From positions 6,568-70,567 of the forward strand of contig CBFFRP010000198.1 in NCBI GenBank assembly GCA_965644295.1: a stretch of DNA of 64,000 nt. Reading direction: 5' to 3'. The number at the start of each line of letters is the position of its first letter. Within the stretch, counting starts at the first letter, position 1. The DNA comes from Paraphysomonas bandaiensis (lineage: Eukaryota; Protista; Chrysophyceae). A program made the position numbers and the translations under genes. This document shows, piece after piece, positions 25,646-36,710 of this stretch. Under the pieces are notes generated by a model. It saw nothing but the letters and a program-made list of their open reading frames with translations, ran no database searches and was not told where the DNA came from.

Positions 25646-27611
25646 TGGGCTTGGAGCTGGTTAATAGGGTGAAACTTTATGTTGGACTGTATTTGCCATC
25701 GTAGGGCAGAGAATATCCCAACGGCAGAGATGACAGCAGACGTGTGATGACTAAAGCCTTGTCCGAGAAGCTGCACTATCAGCATGTGCACACTATGGTA
25801 TCGCACTAAGTAGACTTGCTCATTACAGTATATTCTGATATGTTCATTGAGTGGGAGTATTGAACTACAACCAACTCCTACGTGCGTACTTGAAGTTTGG
25901 TAAAGCCAATCGCTAGTAGTTATCCTGTATTCTATGTAGCAATGAAATACAGAATATACATGACTACAGTATAGCAGTAGCTATTACAAGTATACAAAGA
26001 AACTGAAAATATAGTAGCTGTTAAAGATATAATTTGTAGAACAGAATGTTGATGTTGGTGAATGACGTGGTTCCTAACTCACAGTGCTACAACATCATAA
26101 ACTTACTATATTTCCTATAACATCAATCAGTCAATATTGCACTAACTAAAAGCGTAAATTAATACTTGAGCCGCCTGCATACCGAAATATTCCTTGTAAC
26201 TGCTGTCATCATGCATGTTGTTGTTTAACTGTAACGCAGTAGAGCTGACGACGTATATGCATTGCTTTCAGAGGACGACGGTGTGTCCCGTGAGATACAG
26301 ACATCATGCCAATATAAGGTGCATTAGACATTGCAGGCATGTTAAGAGGCATATAGTGGGTTCTACATGGGACATACATAATAGTAGAAACATTGTGAGG
26401 TGTAGGTGATATATGAGGCATATCAGTAGATATTTAGCTATCAACAACGTCCGTTTCAGCAACATCACGGCTGGCACAGGCCACACAGCAACAAACTACA
26501 GTGTTGACTTGTGTGTCAAGTTATAACACAATTGGATGATTACTAAGTTAACTGGACGAGTATTCACTCATTAATCAAGTTAAGATAAGAGAAGATTATA
26601 ATAAATATAATAAGCAATATATCACGTTATCTCTACTACCACTCATTTCTAGTACGATCTTACATCGTCATGATATCACTTCTCATAATACAGCTCATCA
26701 CTACTGTATTCTCCAGTAACCGTCATAATTCCAATATCTTAGAATTACAGCTTTTAATTGCTCAAACAGCAAAACTCAACACTCCCTCTCAATTCAAAGC
26801 TGTACATTGAATTGTCAAACCACGAGTCATAACTGACGGGCGGATACGCAACCACCAAGACCTCATGAGCTGTACATTGAATCTTCACATCGCAAGACAT
26901 AATTGACGGATACTATGTAGATTGAATCCTCACATCACGAGACATAACTGACGGGCAGTATTACAGCTTTTAATTGCTCCAACGGCAAAACTCAACACTC
27001 CCTCTCAATTCAAAGCTGTAGATAGACTCTTCATATCACGAGACATAACTGACGGATACGCAACCACCAAAAACCTCATAGGACAAACCGGTGGACGTAT
27101 GACTCCGACGTTTCAGCAAGTCTCACCATAGACAACACATCTGAAAGATCTTCTGTCTCTGATAACAGCACGTATGGTTTCTTATCCTTGTCACTGAGAT
27201 CAATCACACCACATCATTCAACTTCAACGCTAAGTTGCGAGCACCCTGGCTGTCAGGAAGAATGGAGTGGGTTCGTACAACAATCGAAGTCCCACTTCGA
27301 CCAACACCCCCCGAAGCCACACCAGTTCCTGCATGCCAGCAGACTGAAGCAAATCAAGGCAATTAACAAACTTCGCATATATTGTGACTTTTGGTCTCTC
27401 TACAATTAGACATATTATGTTAGTTATTAGAACAGTCACTGTCATCACACAGATTGACAATCTCCTCATCATAAAGGTTTACCTCACCCAGGGTGGACAC
27501 ACTAGTCAACACCCGTACGCTTACCACACAAGTCTCCCTAGACTCAGCAGGTACAGTCTCACAGACACGATTCACGCTGATCTCACTAGACTTAGTATAC
27601 ACAGTATCACT

Positions 27612-27920
27612 AGGCAAAGTACGAAGGGACATTCTCTTCCCTGGAATCTCATCCGCCGTATAGACTTATTGGGCGCACCACCCGAAGCCGGCGTGTAGAT
27701 GAAGATCCACCCCTTTTTCCATCACAAAAACGAGGTTTTTATAGTACAGCCGTCTCACTAGATACAGCACCCGCACTACTCTCTGGCAAAGTACGAAGGG
27801 ACACTCTCTTCCCTGGAATCTCATCCGCCGTATAGACTTATTGTGTGTTCCCCACGAAGCCGGCGTAGATGATGATCCACCCCTCTTGTCGACACAAGAA
27901 CGAGGTTTTTAGTACAGCCG
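27612..27920. repeat. ~170-bp period direct duplication inside the non-autonomous element
   Basis: ggcaaagtacgaagggaca.tctcttccctggaatctcatccgccgtatagacttattg..cgaagccggcgt..tagtacagccg occurs twice. Confidence 0.9.
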
Positions 27921-28520
27921 GCGGTTATACACGTCTATATCGACTATACGATGGCCGAACTCTGCAACAGCTCGAACCAGTGGGTCACTCTTGACAACAA
28001 CCGCCTCAAGCTCATCATCGATAGCACTCCATCTATCTCATGAGGAACTACTCTCATCATATATAACACAATGGACACGACTCCTGATCACTCGCACCCC
28101 CATCGATAGCACTGCACCCCAATCCACACAATCAGACACATAACTGAATCACCGTGCTCACACTACATCCACACGCGATATTAGACATCATTCTGATAAA
28201 TATATGGGGTCTCTCCAGAGGGTTCATACATCATCAATCCAGTCTACTTTTTCTGTCTTATGTTCGTATGAATAACCCCGATTTTCAAAAATAATACTGG
28301 TTTTATATCCTATATACTGTATGTTTCTACTGTACACAGCAGTATCACTCCTACTTCTCTGTCCAGTTTCATTCCAATGGTCACACTTCAGCTGTTGCTT
28401 CCAACTACCATCCGCTACCATGTCAAGTTATGACACAATTGGATGATTTACTAAGTTAACTGGACGTGTATTCACTCATGAATCAAGTTAATATAAGAGA
28501 AGATTATAATAAATATAATA

Positions 28521-29341
28521 TAGTTATATTTAACCACGGGCAATAAGGAGGCTATATCGTCCCGCGCTCAAAATTTTGAAACGAGGGCAAAAAGCCCGAG
28601 TTTTAAAATTTTGACAAGGGACGATACTCCTTATCCCTAGGTTAAATTGTAGCTTATCCTCATGACGTTGAAAAGTTAATATTACATTGTATAGCTATTT
28701 GTAGCATGCTTGCTGTATAAAGACATAGATGTTCCCTGATTAACATTAAGAACAAAAATGAGAACTCATATAGTTTCAAATCAATGATATGTATACTGTA
28801 AGTGTGATGATGAATGTGAACAGTTGAAGGTGAAAGAGAGGCTTCTTATTCCCTTAATTAGCATCATCATCACATTTATATACAGCAGGCTTTACCTTTT
28901 CAAGTACATCTGATCGAATGATGTGTGTATGATATGAGGCACACAATATCATGAGAAGCACGATATGGCTCAAATTCTGAAAGAACTGGGTGCCACTGCT
29001 CCTAACCAGCTATATAGCATCAGATATGGTCTCCTGTAATGTTCTTGAAGTTTTTTCGAAGTCCTGGATATGAAGACAGATCACTTGCACTGACAGCAGT
29101 CGAAGGATGGAATATAACTTGAAGTGTCTAATGGTTTAACTCATGATTGTGGGTTCTCTATAATTGTGTGTACTATAATGAAATCACATATATACGACTG
29201 TCATTATCATACTTTGGATAGAAGTGAGCTTCTGTTGAACCCAATATTGAAGTTGAATGTCTATATTTGCCCGGTGCTGATATGAGCGCCCTGTTGAGAC
29301 AAAATCAGGTCAAAAAAAGCTTTTTTTGAGACAAAATGGGG
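28521..29341. mobile_element. ~820-bp insertion lacking TIRs, with a ~120-bp hairpin at one end
   Basis: Boundaries fixed by comparison with intact sister LTR (ATA or TA duplicated); palindrome atttaacc..taaggag..tatcgtccc..tcaaaatttt..gggc-aaaaa-gccc..aaaattttga..gggacgata..ctcctta..ggttaaat (28528-28647). Confidence 0.8.
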
Positions 29342-29518
29342 ATAAGCGATATATCACGCTATCTCTACTACCACTCATTTCTAGTACGATCTTACATCGT
29401 CATGATATCACTTCTCATAATACAGCTCATCACTACTGTATTCTCCAGTAACCGTCATAATTCCAATATCTTAGAATTACAGCTTTTAATTGCTCAAACA
29501 GCAAAACTCAACATTGTG

Positions 29519-29706
29519 ATAATTTCAATGACGATGTATGTTACGGACTTACTACCTTCTGTACAACAGCACCGACGGATCGCGCAAGTAACATCAGACC
29601 TTGCTAAGTGCAACGAAGTCGCATTGATGCTACAGAAATCGTCTGTAGATCATTATGTTGTGCGTAGCATGTTCGACAAACTTATTGAAAACTTTCCAGA
29701 TATCAT
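29519..29706 (+). mobile_element. hAT-like transposase remnant
   Basis: LLPS..VALMLQK..VRSMFDKLIENFP resembles the same region in the hAT remnant at ~5100-5200. Confidence 0.4.
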
Positions 29707-30254
29707 TGTATATAATAGGCACCACAGTATATTATGTTTTAAGGGAGGTCCCTTAATAGTAGATCCCATCTAAACTAGTGGATTTATAGGCTATCCGGAC
29801 TAATAAAATTAATTGGGTGCAAGGAATCCATATGCGGGAGCAACGAACAGGAAGTGTAACACAATTGCAAATAAAATGAAAATAGAGAGTGATAATAACA
29901 TCTCCTATTCATCATTACATCAGTATTTATTACTAGTTTACATATCATATACTCTCGCTGTCAACACAATGCTCTTCACTGGACATGTTTATAGATATCA
30001 CAAGCAACATACATGTGTGGACGTGAGTTCGCAATATCTCCCGAGGCCCACGAGACCTCTGAAAGCGTCGTGACGCAGTTATAGGACCGCGCAGACATAA
30101 ACCATAAGCAAGCAACATAATATTCAACACCAGACACTTTGAGTCTGGGATAATCCTTTTCTACTAGAGTCTACAATACCGCTCTGCAATATCTTTCAAG
30201 CATACACAGATTCATACCCACAAAATAAATATGGCAACCGAGAATCGCACCAAC

Positions 30255-33200
30255 TCACAGGTTTTTACCATGCAGCGTATCCGCCACCCATCGAGCAACT
30301 TCATTGGGAGTTAGCACTAAGGATCCTCGAATGTCATCATGTATCGGTGGATCATCAGGATGCAAGAAAGCTGCTAATACACGAGGGAAATAGACACTCT
30401 CTCTTGTCGATCGGAGGTCCATAGGATATCCTCTTGCCAGAGCACTTGTTATCTGACTTTGAATCCGAGTTCTAAAGTTGGGGTCAGCATACCCTTTCCT
30501 TTGAATTAAGCTATCTGACTTGGTAATACAAGTCATCGTAGGTATTGACGGGGAGGGAGGTTTTGGTCTCTCAATTCGTGATATGCTGCTTGTGGCAAAC
30601 CCAACGTCCCATTTATTAAGCTCTTTTTGACTGCAAACAATGATACTGGCAGACGCCATCTGCCCATACAAATCGTTCACTTTAGCAATAGATTCACTTT
30701 CTCTAACGGCAACTTCAGTAGTATCCCCTAGCCCAATCGTATCAAGCACACAAAAACTCTTGGGAACACCATTGGAATCAACACCAGTGCACGGGAATAT
30801 CTCGGGTACAGAAGTTCGTGATTCATATCCGCCTCCATACGAAAGATGATTTGGACAAGATCGCATATTTTCCCGCAGTGCTGTCTTTCCACTTTCAGTA
30901 GGCCCGCGAATCAGCACAATTGGCATTTGTTTTATGGCGGCTTTGAGAGTAGCACTTAAAACAATCAATTTGACTCGTCTGCTTATAACCTCTACTGCGT
31001 GTACGGAGAGTAATTCATTCTTTTGATGTAACTTCATAACTTTAGTGGGATTTTTGATGTCCACATTGAAACGATCTCGACCAGGAAACAAACTGTTCAC
31101 CATATTCTGGTAGTCATCAACGTTTGAGTTCTCCGTCAGCTCCCAACACCGCGCGCAGGCGTTTTTAAAAGCTCTATCCTTTTCACATAGACTTGCGTCA
31201 TTTGGATATCTTACTTTTAACTGATCACAGAATGCATCTCGAAGGCAAGAACTTGAGACTAGGCAACGCTGTGACCACCCCTCGGAAAGTTCGTTGGCTG
31301 CAATTGCAGCCAGGGCACAACCATACCCTACACCTCCAGCAATCAGAGCAATCGGAGTGCTTATGACAGCTACAACAGCCGTTGCAGTCAATAGTGCAAG
31401 AGACCCCAACAAAGTGCACTCGGATGCTAATACAATGATTTCTTGGACATGAGGAGATCTTAAGAACCTTTCGATAGATGCTTCAGCGGGACCTCCATCT
31501 TCTCCAGACGGGTTGAAGAACAACCAGATAGGGGAAATGAATGTGGTCAGCGGTCCAGCTACTCCCACCATCAGTTTTTTCAGAAACAAATCATAAGTGT
31601 CTTTAGACTCGCTGGGCATGAGCATATCTCTTGCTTCGAAAAGTTCGTGACATATTAGACCCAGAATTTTCCCCAACACCAGCACATCATCCGCTTCTTC
31701 ATCGTCGCGTATGGTCATCAAATCATATCCAGAAATGGCCAGTTGTGGTTTGCTATGAAATATATTGCTGTCAAATATCAAGTCGGGGAAGTCTTCTACA
31801 AATTTCTGCAAATGCATGGGCAATGTGAACTCAGGATCACACTTCTTCTTCTCCTTCTGATGCTCCAAAATACTTTTACTGTAGCATTTCGCTACGGCCT
31901 GTCCCTTAAAGCTGGCTTGCAGGATCGACTTTATTTGAGAATAATGATCCTTCAGCCACCATTCAGCGAGGGGTGAGCCAAACACAAACCCCACTTCAAT
32001 AGGAACGGTTTTAAAAATATTGATCACCACATTGCGCAGATTATCAAATTCTTCACTCACGTCTCTTGACACCGCTGTAACGTCTCTGGTCAGTGTAAGT
32101 ATATGACATGCGTAGTACAACATAGACTGAAGATTATTGTGGTTAATTGGTGGGTCGTCGTGAACAATCGTTACGTTGAGGTGGTCACTTTCTTCATTCC
32201 ACGCAAAGAAAGAGCTGGTGGTGAATTTACATGTTCCAACGGCAGGCTGAAACTTACTTGGGCGAGGACTAGTTGGACCTGATATAAATAACGCCTTCGA
32301 ACTTATGTAATTCACAGTGCAATCACCTCTCGTGTCTATGTGTTCAATGAATCCACACTGTTTCTTCTCCTTCTCGCGCACTGATGAAAAACAAAAGAAG
32401 TCTCGCACGCCATACAAATACTCTCCCTTGACTTCTACAGATACCTTTCCTTCATGGATGACATCACGCAGCACCAGTTCATGAATGACAGGTTTCTCCA
32501 GCGTCAGTTCATCAGGAACTTTGCTCGTAAAGCTGTCATCGAGATCGGGGAAGTTAAGCCGTGACATGTAGGAGCTTCCTAATTGGTGAGCATCCCTTAT
32601 CCGGGTAGAAATAGTAAACTCCGAGATATCGAAAAGTTCAGTTACAGCTGCATCAGAAAGAGAATGAAACTGATCTTCACTATTAACCTTGAAAAAAGTG
32701 CCAATCGGCCGATAAGTAATCAAATCTAACACAAAGTTCGAGCCGCGCACAAAATTCCCGGCAGCTGTACCCAATTTGTTTCCAAAGTCTCTGGCAGATA
32801 CTACCAACATCTCTTCATTCATAAGAGATTGCACCAAATTCACAACGCTACCGGCACATGCCTTTAAAGTAGCACTCGCCGTTCGCTCCAGCACTTTTCC
32901 AGTTATGTAAGCTAGTACGTGCTGTGTCCACGTCAATACTTTAGGAACCACATCTTCAGAATGGACAAAGTTCCAGAAGCGGGATTTCAAGGTATCGTTC
33001 ATACGATCAACCAGCTCTCCACTTGCAACCATGGGTGAACCGAAAGTTATGCATCGAATTTTTTTTCTATACTTACTTTTGTTTGCGTGATTATTAAACT
33101 CATCAAAAAGAGATATGGCCAGCAACTGGGCGACAGCACCACCCAGGGAGTGTCCAGTTATCACAATTTCATCGCCCAATACAACGCGGTCATATAAATA

Positions 33201-33599
33201 ACTCAGTGGGAGTTTGCTCATGCGGCTATACCATCCGGAATGAACTTGTCCCGGTTTCTGAAAGGATGGCCAGGCTGAAGCATTCGCTGCCCAATCAGCT
33301 GCCCGATGGCTTCCACGGATAGCAAGATAAGTTACATTCTGATAAGTTACATTCTGGGTAGCATCAAGTTGCAACAGTTGTTCATTATCGGGATTATCGA
33401 TCAAATATTTTCGCTCAGCTATCAGGTAATGACCTTCACTGTCTTGATCTAATTCATTCGATACCAATATTCCAGTGAAACGATGTTGCGTGGAGCTTAG
33501 ATTAGCTTTGATTCTGGCAGCATCCGCTGTGTAGACTTGCTCACAGAGAGTGCCACAGTCAAAAACTACACGCTGCATATTAAAGTCAACAGTTGCCAT
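30255..33599 (-). CDS. Class 3 lipase - beta-rich linker - hydrophobic hairpin - P-loop GTPase fusion, intronless (1114 aa)
   Basis: Lipase_3 motifs AIRGS, VHSGW, ITGHSLGG, TFGSP, FVHSEDVVP, DAH; hydrophobic stretch LLGSLALLTATAVVAVISTPIALIAGGVGYGCALAAIAA; GTPase G1 GPTESGKT, G2 RT, G3 DTIG, G4 TKSD. Confidence 0.9.
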   Translation of the reverse strand: MATVDFNMQRVVFDCGTLCEQVYTADAARIKANLSSTQHRFTGILVSNELDQDSEGHYLIAERKYLIDNPDNEQLLQLDATQNVTYQNVTYLAIRGSHRAADWAANASAWPSFQKPGQVHSGWYSRMSKLPLSYLYDRVVLGDEIVITGHSLGGAVAQLLAISLFDEFNNHANKSKYRKKIRCITFGSPMVASGELVDRMNDTLKSRFWNFVHSEDVVPKVLTWTQHVLAYITGKVLERTASATLKACAGSVVNLVQSLMNEEMLVVSARDFGNKLGTAAGNFVRGSNFVLDLITYRPIGTFFKVNSEDQFHSLSDAAVTELFDISEFTISTRIRDAHQLGSSYMSRLNFPDLDDSFTSKVPDELTLEKPVIHELVLRDVIHEGKVSVEVKGEYLYGVRDFFCFSSVREKEKKQCGFIEHIDTRGDCTVNYISSKALFISGPTSPRPSKFQPAVGTCKFTTSSFFAWNEESDHLNVTIVHDDPPINHNNLQSMLYYACHILTLTRDVTAVSRDVSEEFDNLRNVVINIFKTVPIEVGFVFGSPLAEWWLKDHYSQIKSILQASFKGQAVAKCYSKSILEHQKEKKKCDPEFTLPMHLQKFVEDFPDLIFDSNIFHSKPQLAISGYDLMTIRDDEEADDVLVLGKILGLICHELFEARDMLMPSESKDTYDLFLKKLMVGVAGPLTTFISPIWLFFNPSGEDGGPAEASIERFLRSPHVQEIIVLASECTLLGSLALLTATAVVAVISTPIALIAGGVGYGCALAAIAANELSEGWSQRCLVSSSCLRDAFCDQLKVRYPNDASLCEKDRAFKNACARCWELTENSNVDDYQNMVNSLFPGRDRFNVDIKNPTKVMKLHQKNELLSVHAVEVISRRVKLIVLSATLKAAIKQMPIVLIRGPTESGKTALRENMRSCPNHLSYGGGYESRTSVPEIFPCTGVDSNGVPKSFCVLDTIGLGDTTEVAVRESESIAKVNDLYGQMASASIIVCSQKELNKWDVGFATSSISRIERPKPPSPSIPTMTCITKSDSLIQRKGYADPNFRTRIQSQITSALARGYPMDLRSTRESVYFPRVLAAFLHPDDPPIHDDIRGSLVLTPNEVARWVADTLHGKNL

Positions 33600-33655
33600 G
33601 CTTCAGTATTCAGAAACAGTATATGCCGTAATAAGATTGCTGTAATGAAATATTC

Positions 33656-33719
33656 GCACTTGTTCTGCATACTAGTGCAGTTGTTCTGCATACTAGTGCA
33701 CTTGTTCTGCATACAAGTG
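33656..33719. repeat. 21-bp tandem repeat x3 just upstream of the lipase-GTPase ATG
   Basis: ttgttctgcatactagtgca repeated three times with few mismatches. Confidence 0.85.
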
Positions 33720-34323
33720 GTATCTACATACACGCTGTAGAGAAGAGAAAGGGTAGAAATCATTAAAAAATCGTGAAAAAGTACCTTTTACATATAATTC
33801 CATAACTTTTTAATTTCAACAACCGAAATACTGCGATTTTAACAAAATCCTGAAATAATTATTGTGAAAAACAGTCATTTTAGTGCCTCTCATCGACATG
33901 ACAAGTGGACTTTTTCATTCCTTGGGAAGAAAGTGTAGTTTTCACATTACAACCACAGCACACACTCCAACGACTTGAAAAGATGCTAATATCTTCACTA
34001 TAAAAAGTGGCGCTTAGCTTAGCATAAATTCAATTTACCACACTTATCGCATGTGATGTCAGGATTTTAGGAAATATATACTGTCTCGTTGGTTATGTAT
34101 GGTAGTGGGGTGACTGTATAGTACGAATAGTGGTATGGTATACGCTGCCTGTCATGTAATAGTGGAATCATATCATCACACTAACGGTCCAATTGTTACA
34201 TATCACTGACAAGAACACAGAGAACAGCGATCGGAAGCGCTCAGGAGGTAGTCTCAAAGCGTCTATGCACGAAGACAGAAAGGTATTACGGCGGCATGAT
34301 GAAACTATTCTCTCAATGATGGA

Positions 34324-34990
34324 TATTGAAAGTCTTTTTATTTAGCAATAGGCGTTAAAATCCAGCACCAATATAGTGGCTAGTTGAATGCTAGACATAC
34401 TAGTTAGACCTCTACCCATAACTAATCAGCACTAATTCCATTATCCTACTATTTGACGCTACGGAAGCTACTTGTTCGTCGCCGCAAGCACCAAGGTGCT
34501 ACCACTTCCGTTCTTAATGTTGTTTGTGAGTTTCGCCCTGCTCGTGTGTCTTTGGACTCACTGGCGCGTGTTGTCTGGGGGCCTCCCCTTGGGATAAGGT
34601 TCCATCAGGCTCTGAAGTACAGGGTTCTGCATTAAGGTCCGAAGTGTACCTAGCACTAGATGTGTGTGCTGAGAGGTGAGTGGTGTGGTGGAATGTGGCG
34701 TTGTCTCCGTCAGGCATAGGTGGAGTTGCCGGAGACGGCGTCGTTGTCTAGGACCTGATGGCTTCATGCGGTCCGGTGCTTTGTTCCTGCGTGTATGAGA
34801 GGTGGGGTTCGTGTGTGCGGTGGACGGTGTTCCAGTCTCGAGTCGTCTTTGGACTCCTAGTAATTGTAGCACCCTTGGGCGTTTCCATTTCTGTCTCTGA
34901 ATGATGGATACGAGGCATACATGAAGATCTACCAGTAGTCTCTTCATTGTACCACTCTCATACTGGAGAGTTTCCGAGTGATACTTTGAT
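34324..34990 (+). mobile_element. Diverged relative of the TATT-LTR family
   Basis: First ~270 bp align with 24008-24280 (tattgaa..tttagcaataggcgtt..cgccgcaagcaccaaggtgc); then diverges but keeps antisense PKGRPPD-coding sequence; right boundary uncertain. Confidence 0.7.
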
Positions 34991-35362
34991 TGAAGTTTTT
35001 GGTCATATGTATTGGTAACGGAAGTGACTACATTCTGGATGAAGAAAATATTTTCTACAACTCAGTAAGCAATATCCGGTAAAATAGAGGCACTTCATAT
35101 TACAGTCCATCTTCAGTTCATATGGATGACGGTTTATGCAATAGTTTAGATGGAAGTGCACGCAACAGTTAGTTGGCAATCTGCAGTTCATATGAGAGTG
35201 CATGCAACAATCATTCAGATGACATTTTATACCACGGTTCAGATGAAAGTGTATGGAACAGTTTAGATGACAGTGAGTCACGTGTACTACCTTTTAAAAG
35301 GCAGTTAAAAGGTAAAAGTAATGGTATAGTTCAGCACTTCAAAGTAAATTATTACTATATGG

Positions 35363-35905
35363 CAGGGCTAGGAAACAATATATTGCAAGACTATTGTTAG
35401 AGAGCGTTCCAATGTATTAGTATGACTAATCAGTAAGTAAACACACCCGTACATTCCATTTTTAGTATTAGTCATTAAGATATTAAGATCACATGACAAC
35501 CAAACCAACTACTGCTTATAGCTAATAAAAACCCACCACGTCCTCATCCTCTGAGCCATCATCGGTGACGTCAACATCACCATATTCATTCTCAGATTTA
35601 ATTGAAAGTAGTACGCGGGCAGGCGGGTGGCAGAATCTCGGTGTTATATGTGTGGTACCATCAAGCCAACTACATTATCTATATTGTGTTAATAGAAGTA
35701 CTGTATATACATCATGTGTGAGTACTATTTGAGCTGGCGATATATTAAAACTAGAAAACAAGATCAAAAATAAGCTTTTTCTTATTTTTCTATACATGGA
35801 CTTATATTTTGTACCCTACGTAATAATGATTGCAATATATTGTGAGCTACCTTAACAGAAGCAGTATTGAAGAAATTCTTGGTCGGTCCACCAATCAATA
35901 TATTG
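35363..35905. mobile_element. hAT-family non-autonomous fragment
   Basis: Starts with TIR cagggctaggaaacaatatattgcaa; 35415-35610 matches 3500-3675; second TIR truncated. Confidence 0.75.
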
Positions 35906-36007
35906 CTCCGCTGTAACTAATACGAAAAAGGACAGGAATACATTCATGAGATTCTTACATATCGATCTGTAATCAGGTAGTAATTTAACAACTAAAACGA
36001 AACGGGA

Positions 36008-36361
36008 TTAGTACTTTAGCGAGGTAATCCACACTGCAATATCTTCATCTTCACTTGAAAAGGATGCTCCAAAAGGCGTGTTGAGGTTAACCGAAGTGGA
36101 AAAATAATCAATTCTAGGATTTCCATCATAATCATCGGCAGCCATGCCGAAGCGGATAAAAAAAGGAAATTCCTGAAATGATGCCCAATACTGAAGGCCT
36201 ATCAATCCAAAACTATCATTTCTCATAACTTTGATAAAATGTCCACCACCAACACTAAAAGTTGCTTCCGACTTATTTTCAATCATATACAAGAGTCCAT
36301 GATGAGCAAATTGTGTTTCACCAAGAACATTGATGGCCACTGCTTGCAAGCGGTCCGTCAT
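36008..36361 (-). CDS. Hypothetical ~117-aa beta-rich protein
   Basis: Protein-like ORF MTDRLQAVAINVLG..IAVWITSLKY starting just beyond a (TACA)n array, divergent from the GPCR gene; no family recognised. Confidence 0.4.
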   Translation of the reverse strand: MTDRLQAVAINVLGETQFAHHGLLYMIENKSEATFSVGGGHFIKVMRNDSFGLIGLQYWASFQEFPFFIRFGMAADDYDGNPRIDYFSTSVNLNTPFGASFSSEDEDIAVWITSLKY

Positions 36362-36502
36362 ACTTTTCAAATATCTAAGTGCTCCAGGTATAATAATATG
36401 GTAGAGGCTTGATATCCAGATAAGACTCTGAGGGGTACGTACAGATATACAGATGGATGGATACACAAGATACATACACAAGTGTATGCACTGCTGTATA
36501 GA

Positions 36503-36588
36503 CATACCTACATACCTACATACCTACATACATACATACATACATACATACATACATACATACATACATACATACATACATACATACA
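36503..36588. repeat. (TACA)n microsatellite
   Basis: Tetranucleotide array with some TACC variants. Confidence 0.95.
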
Positions 36589-36616
36589 ATTATGTATTTG
36601 GAAAATGGCATACACA

Positions 36617-36710
36617 ATATTGTAATATTGTAATATTGTAATAATGTAATATTGTAATATTGTAATAATGTAATAATGTAATATTGTAATAATGAAATAT
36701 TGTAATATTG
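36617..36710. repeat. (TATTGTAA)n 8-bp minisatellite
   Basis: About 11 copies of tattgtaa/taatgtaa. Confidence 0.9.

Larger units (their letters stand above)
24008..26164 (+). mobile_element. ~2.16-kb LTR-like repeat, copy 1 (TATT...AATA termini)
   Basis: Almost identical over most of its length to 56127-58306; boundaries defined by loss of identity; copy 2 is followed by a PBS; no TSD here. Confidence 0.85.
26514..29513 (-). mobile_element. Complete non-autonomous Copia-derived LTR retrotransposon
   Basis: ~268-bp LTRs TGTTGAG...TTGACA (3' LTR 26781-26514; 5' LTR 29513-28421, interrupted); PBS TGGTAGCGGATGG 28420-28408; PPT GAGAGGGAG 26790-26782; 5-bp TSD TTGTG; RNase H remnant AGMQELVWLRGVLVEVG. 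Confidence 0.92.

Noticed and set aside
27612-27920. Retrozyme/hammerhead ribozyme in the duplicated segment
   Set aside because: No CUGANGA...GAAA core found on either strand by eye; other ribozyme classes need an Rfam scan.
29707-30175. Possible solo LTR TGTA...TACA
   Set aside because: No TSD and no second copy in the window.
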